Assembly (NCBI GenBank): GCA_011321815.1
Contig: DROS01000026.1
Location: 54 to 64,053 of the forward strand
Source: Gammaproteobacteria bacterium
Lineage (GTDB): Bacteria; Pseudomonadota; Gammaproteobacteria; SZUA-152
Length of the DNA: 64,000 nt
Direction of reading: 5' to 3'
The notes below the pieces were generated by a model, which searched no databases, was not told where the DNA came from, and saw nothing but the letters and a program-made list of their open reading frames with translations. Below, one piece after another: positions 62,717-64,000 of the stretch (its first letter is position 1; each line of letters opens with the position of its first letter). Both the position numbers and the translations under genes were made by a program.

Positions 62717-64000
62717 TTATTTCAGCGGTTGCACTGATCCCGGTTTTACCTGCCCGTCGAAGGCCTCGATAATGGCCTGTACGGTTGCGTCGTTACTGAT
62801 GGTGGATTCCGCCTGACTTTGACGGGCATCGACACGTTCCTGTTGACGTTCTGCCGGGGTTGCCGTGCTGGCGCCTTCCAGCACGATGTTGAGCGTTATA
62901 CTTTGCCCCAGATGTTGGCTGAGTGCTTTCGTTAAACCTTCTTCGCGGCTTTTGCTTAACAGATATTTATGGTTAGGTGACATGCTGAGTTGGAAATTGT
63001 TGCCATCCCGTTGGGTCAGGGCACAGTTGGTGGCCAGTTGCAGCAACATGCCGGAGAGGTTCATGGCTGCGACCATATTTTCCCAGTCATCGGGGGTGCC
63101 TGATGTGGGCGGTGCTGCTGGCGGGGTGGGTGTGGTCGGTGGTGCCGATTCTGCCACACCGGTGAACGCAGGGGCCGGTGTGGGGCGGGTAGTGGTTTGC
63201 GCTGGTGTGGCAGGTGCCGGTGCCGCGCTGGCGTGGGTCGGGCGAAATGCCAGCATGCGCAGCAGCACCATCTCGAAACCATCACGGGCATCCGGGGCCA
63301 ATGGCAGGTCGCGACGGCCAATGAGGCCGATCTGGTAGTAGAGCTGCACATCTTCCGGTGTTATTTGCTGTGCCAGCGCTACGATGGCTTCACGATCGCC
63401 CAGCCCGTCGTCGATGGCTTCGGGTGCGGTTTGCGCCAGGGCAATACGATGCAGGGTGGAAATCAGTTCTGCCAGTACACCCGCAAAATCCGGGCTGTGT
63501 TGCGCCAGTTCGCCGATGCGCGCCAGCAGACCGGGGGCATCGTTGGCCGTCAACAGGTGTAACAGGTCGATGACGTGGTCTTGTTCAATGGTGCCCAGCA
63601 TGGCGCGTACGTCCGGTTCATTCACTTTGCCGCTGCCGTAGGCAATGGCCTGGTCCAACAGGCTTAATGCGTCACGCATGGAGCCGTCGGCAGCGCGGGA
63701 AATCAGCGTCAGTGCGGCAGTTTCAAAGTCGATTTTTTCGTCACCCAGCACGCACTCCAAATGGCCACGGATCTGTTCCAGGGGCAGGCGTTTGAGGTTG
63801 AATTGCAGACAACGGGAAAGAATGGTCACAGGCAGTTTTTGCGGGTCGGTGGTGGCCAACAGGAATTTAACATGAGGCGGTGGTTCTTCCAGGGTTTTCA
63901 ACAGCGCGTTGAAACTGTGGTTGGAGAACATGTGCACCTCATCAATGAGATAGACCTTGTAGCGGCCCCGGGTGGGGGCGTACTGCACGTTTTCCAGCAG
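62717..64000 (-). CDS. dnaX: DNA polymerase III subunit gamma/tau (5' part outside window)
   Basis: IDEVHM, NALLKTLEEPP, TILSRC, GSMRDALSLLDQ. Confidence 0.98.
   Translation of the reverse strand: MLENVQYAPTRGRYKVYLIDEVHMFSNHSFNALLKTLEEPPPHVKFLLATTDPQKLPVTILSRCLQFNLKRLPLEQIRGHLECVLGDEKIDFETAALTLISRAADGSMRDALSLLDQAIAYGSGKVNEPDVRAMLGTIEQDHVIDLLHLLTANDAPGLLARIGELAQHSPDFAGVLAELISTLHRIALAQTAPEAIDDGLGDREAIVALAQQITPEDVQLYYQIGLIGRRDLPLAPDARDGFEMVLLRMLAFRPTHASAAPAPATPAQTTTRPTPAPAFTGVAESAPPTTPTPPAAPPTSGTPDDWENMVAAMNLSGMLLQLATNCALTQRDGNNFQLSMSPNHKYLLSKSREEGLTKALSQHLGQSITLNIVLEGASTATPAERQQERVDARQSQAESTISNDATVQAIIEAFDGQVKPGSVQPLK

Noticed and set aside
62717-63300. E. coli-type dnaX -1 frameshift site
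   Set aside because: No AAAAAAG slippery sequence seen in the Pro/Ala linker on the coding strand

Overview
Chromosomal window of a Gammaproteobacterium, probably a microaerophilic sulfur oxidiser (Alvin_2107-like gene, cbb3-type oxidase). The housekeeping backbone is secA-argJ-mutT, yacG-zapD-coaE-pilDCB-pilA-pilRS, tRNA-Pro, ispB, rplU-rpmA-obgE-proB-rpsT, yfhL-coaD-rsmD-hemF, yccA-tRNA-Ser, fliA-recR-ybaB and dnaX. Four accessory blocks interrupt it. (1) A ~20 kb respiratory cluster (21.7-41.9 kb) is built around a divergent cbb3-type CcoNO with no haem-bearing CcoP. It also holds two haem-less CcoP-like paralogues, two single-repeat haem-copper-oxidase homologues, four further c-type cytochromes, a MotA/ExbB + vWA putative ion-driven motor and several uncalled small membrane ORFs. 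(2) A NemR-like TetR regulon has visible operators. (3) An 834-bp transposase-less element with 23-bp terminal inverted repeats and an 11-bp duplication of the tRNA-Ser 3' end carries only a ParDE toxin-antitoxin pair. (4) A trans-envelope signalling cassette splits dnaX from ybaB: a CHASE2 class III cyclase with swapped base-specificity residues, a FecR-TPR-beta-barrel receptor with an AT-rich barrel half, and a small Cys-containing ORF. All calls come from reading the sequence and recalled family motifs; no searches were run.
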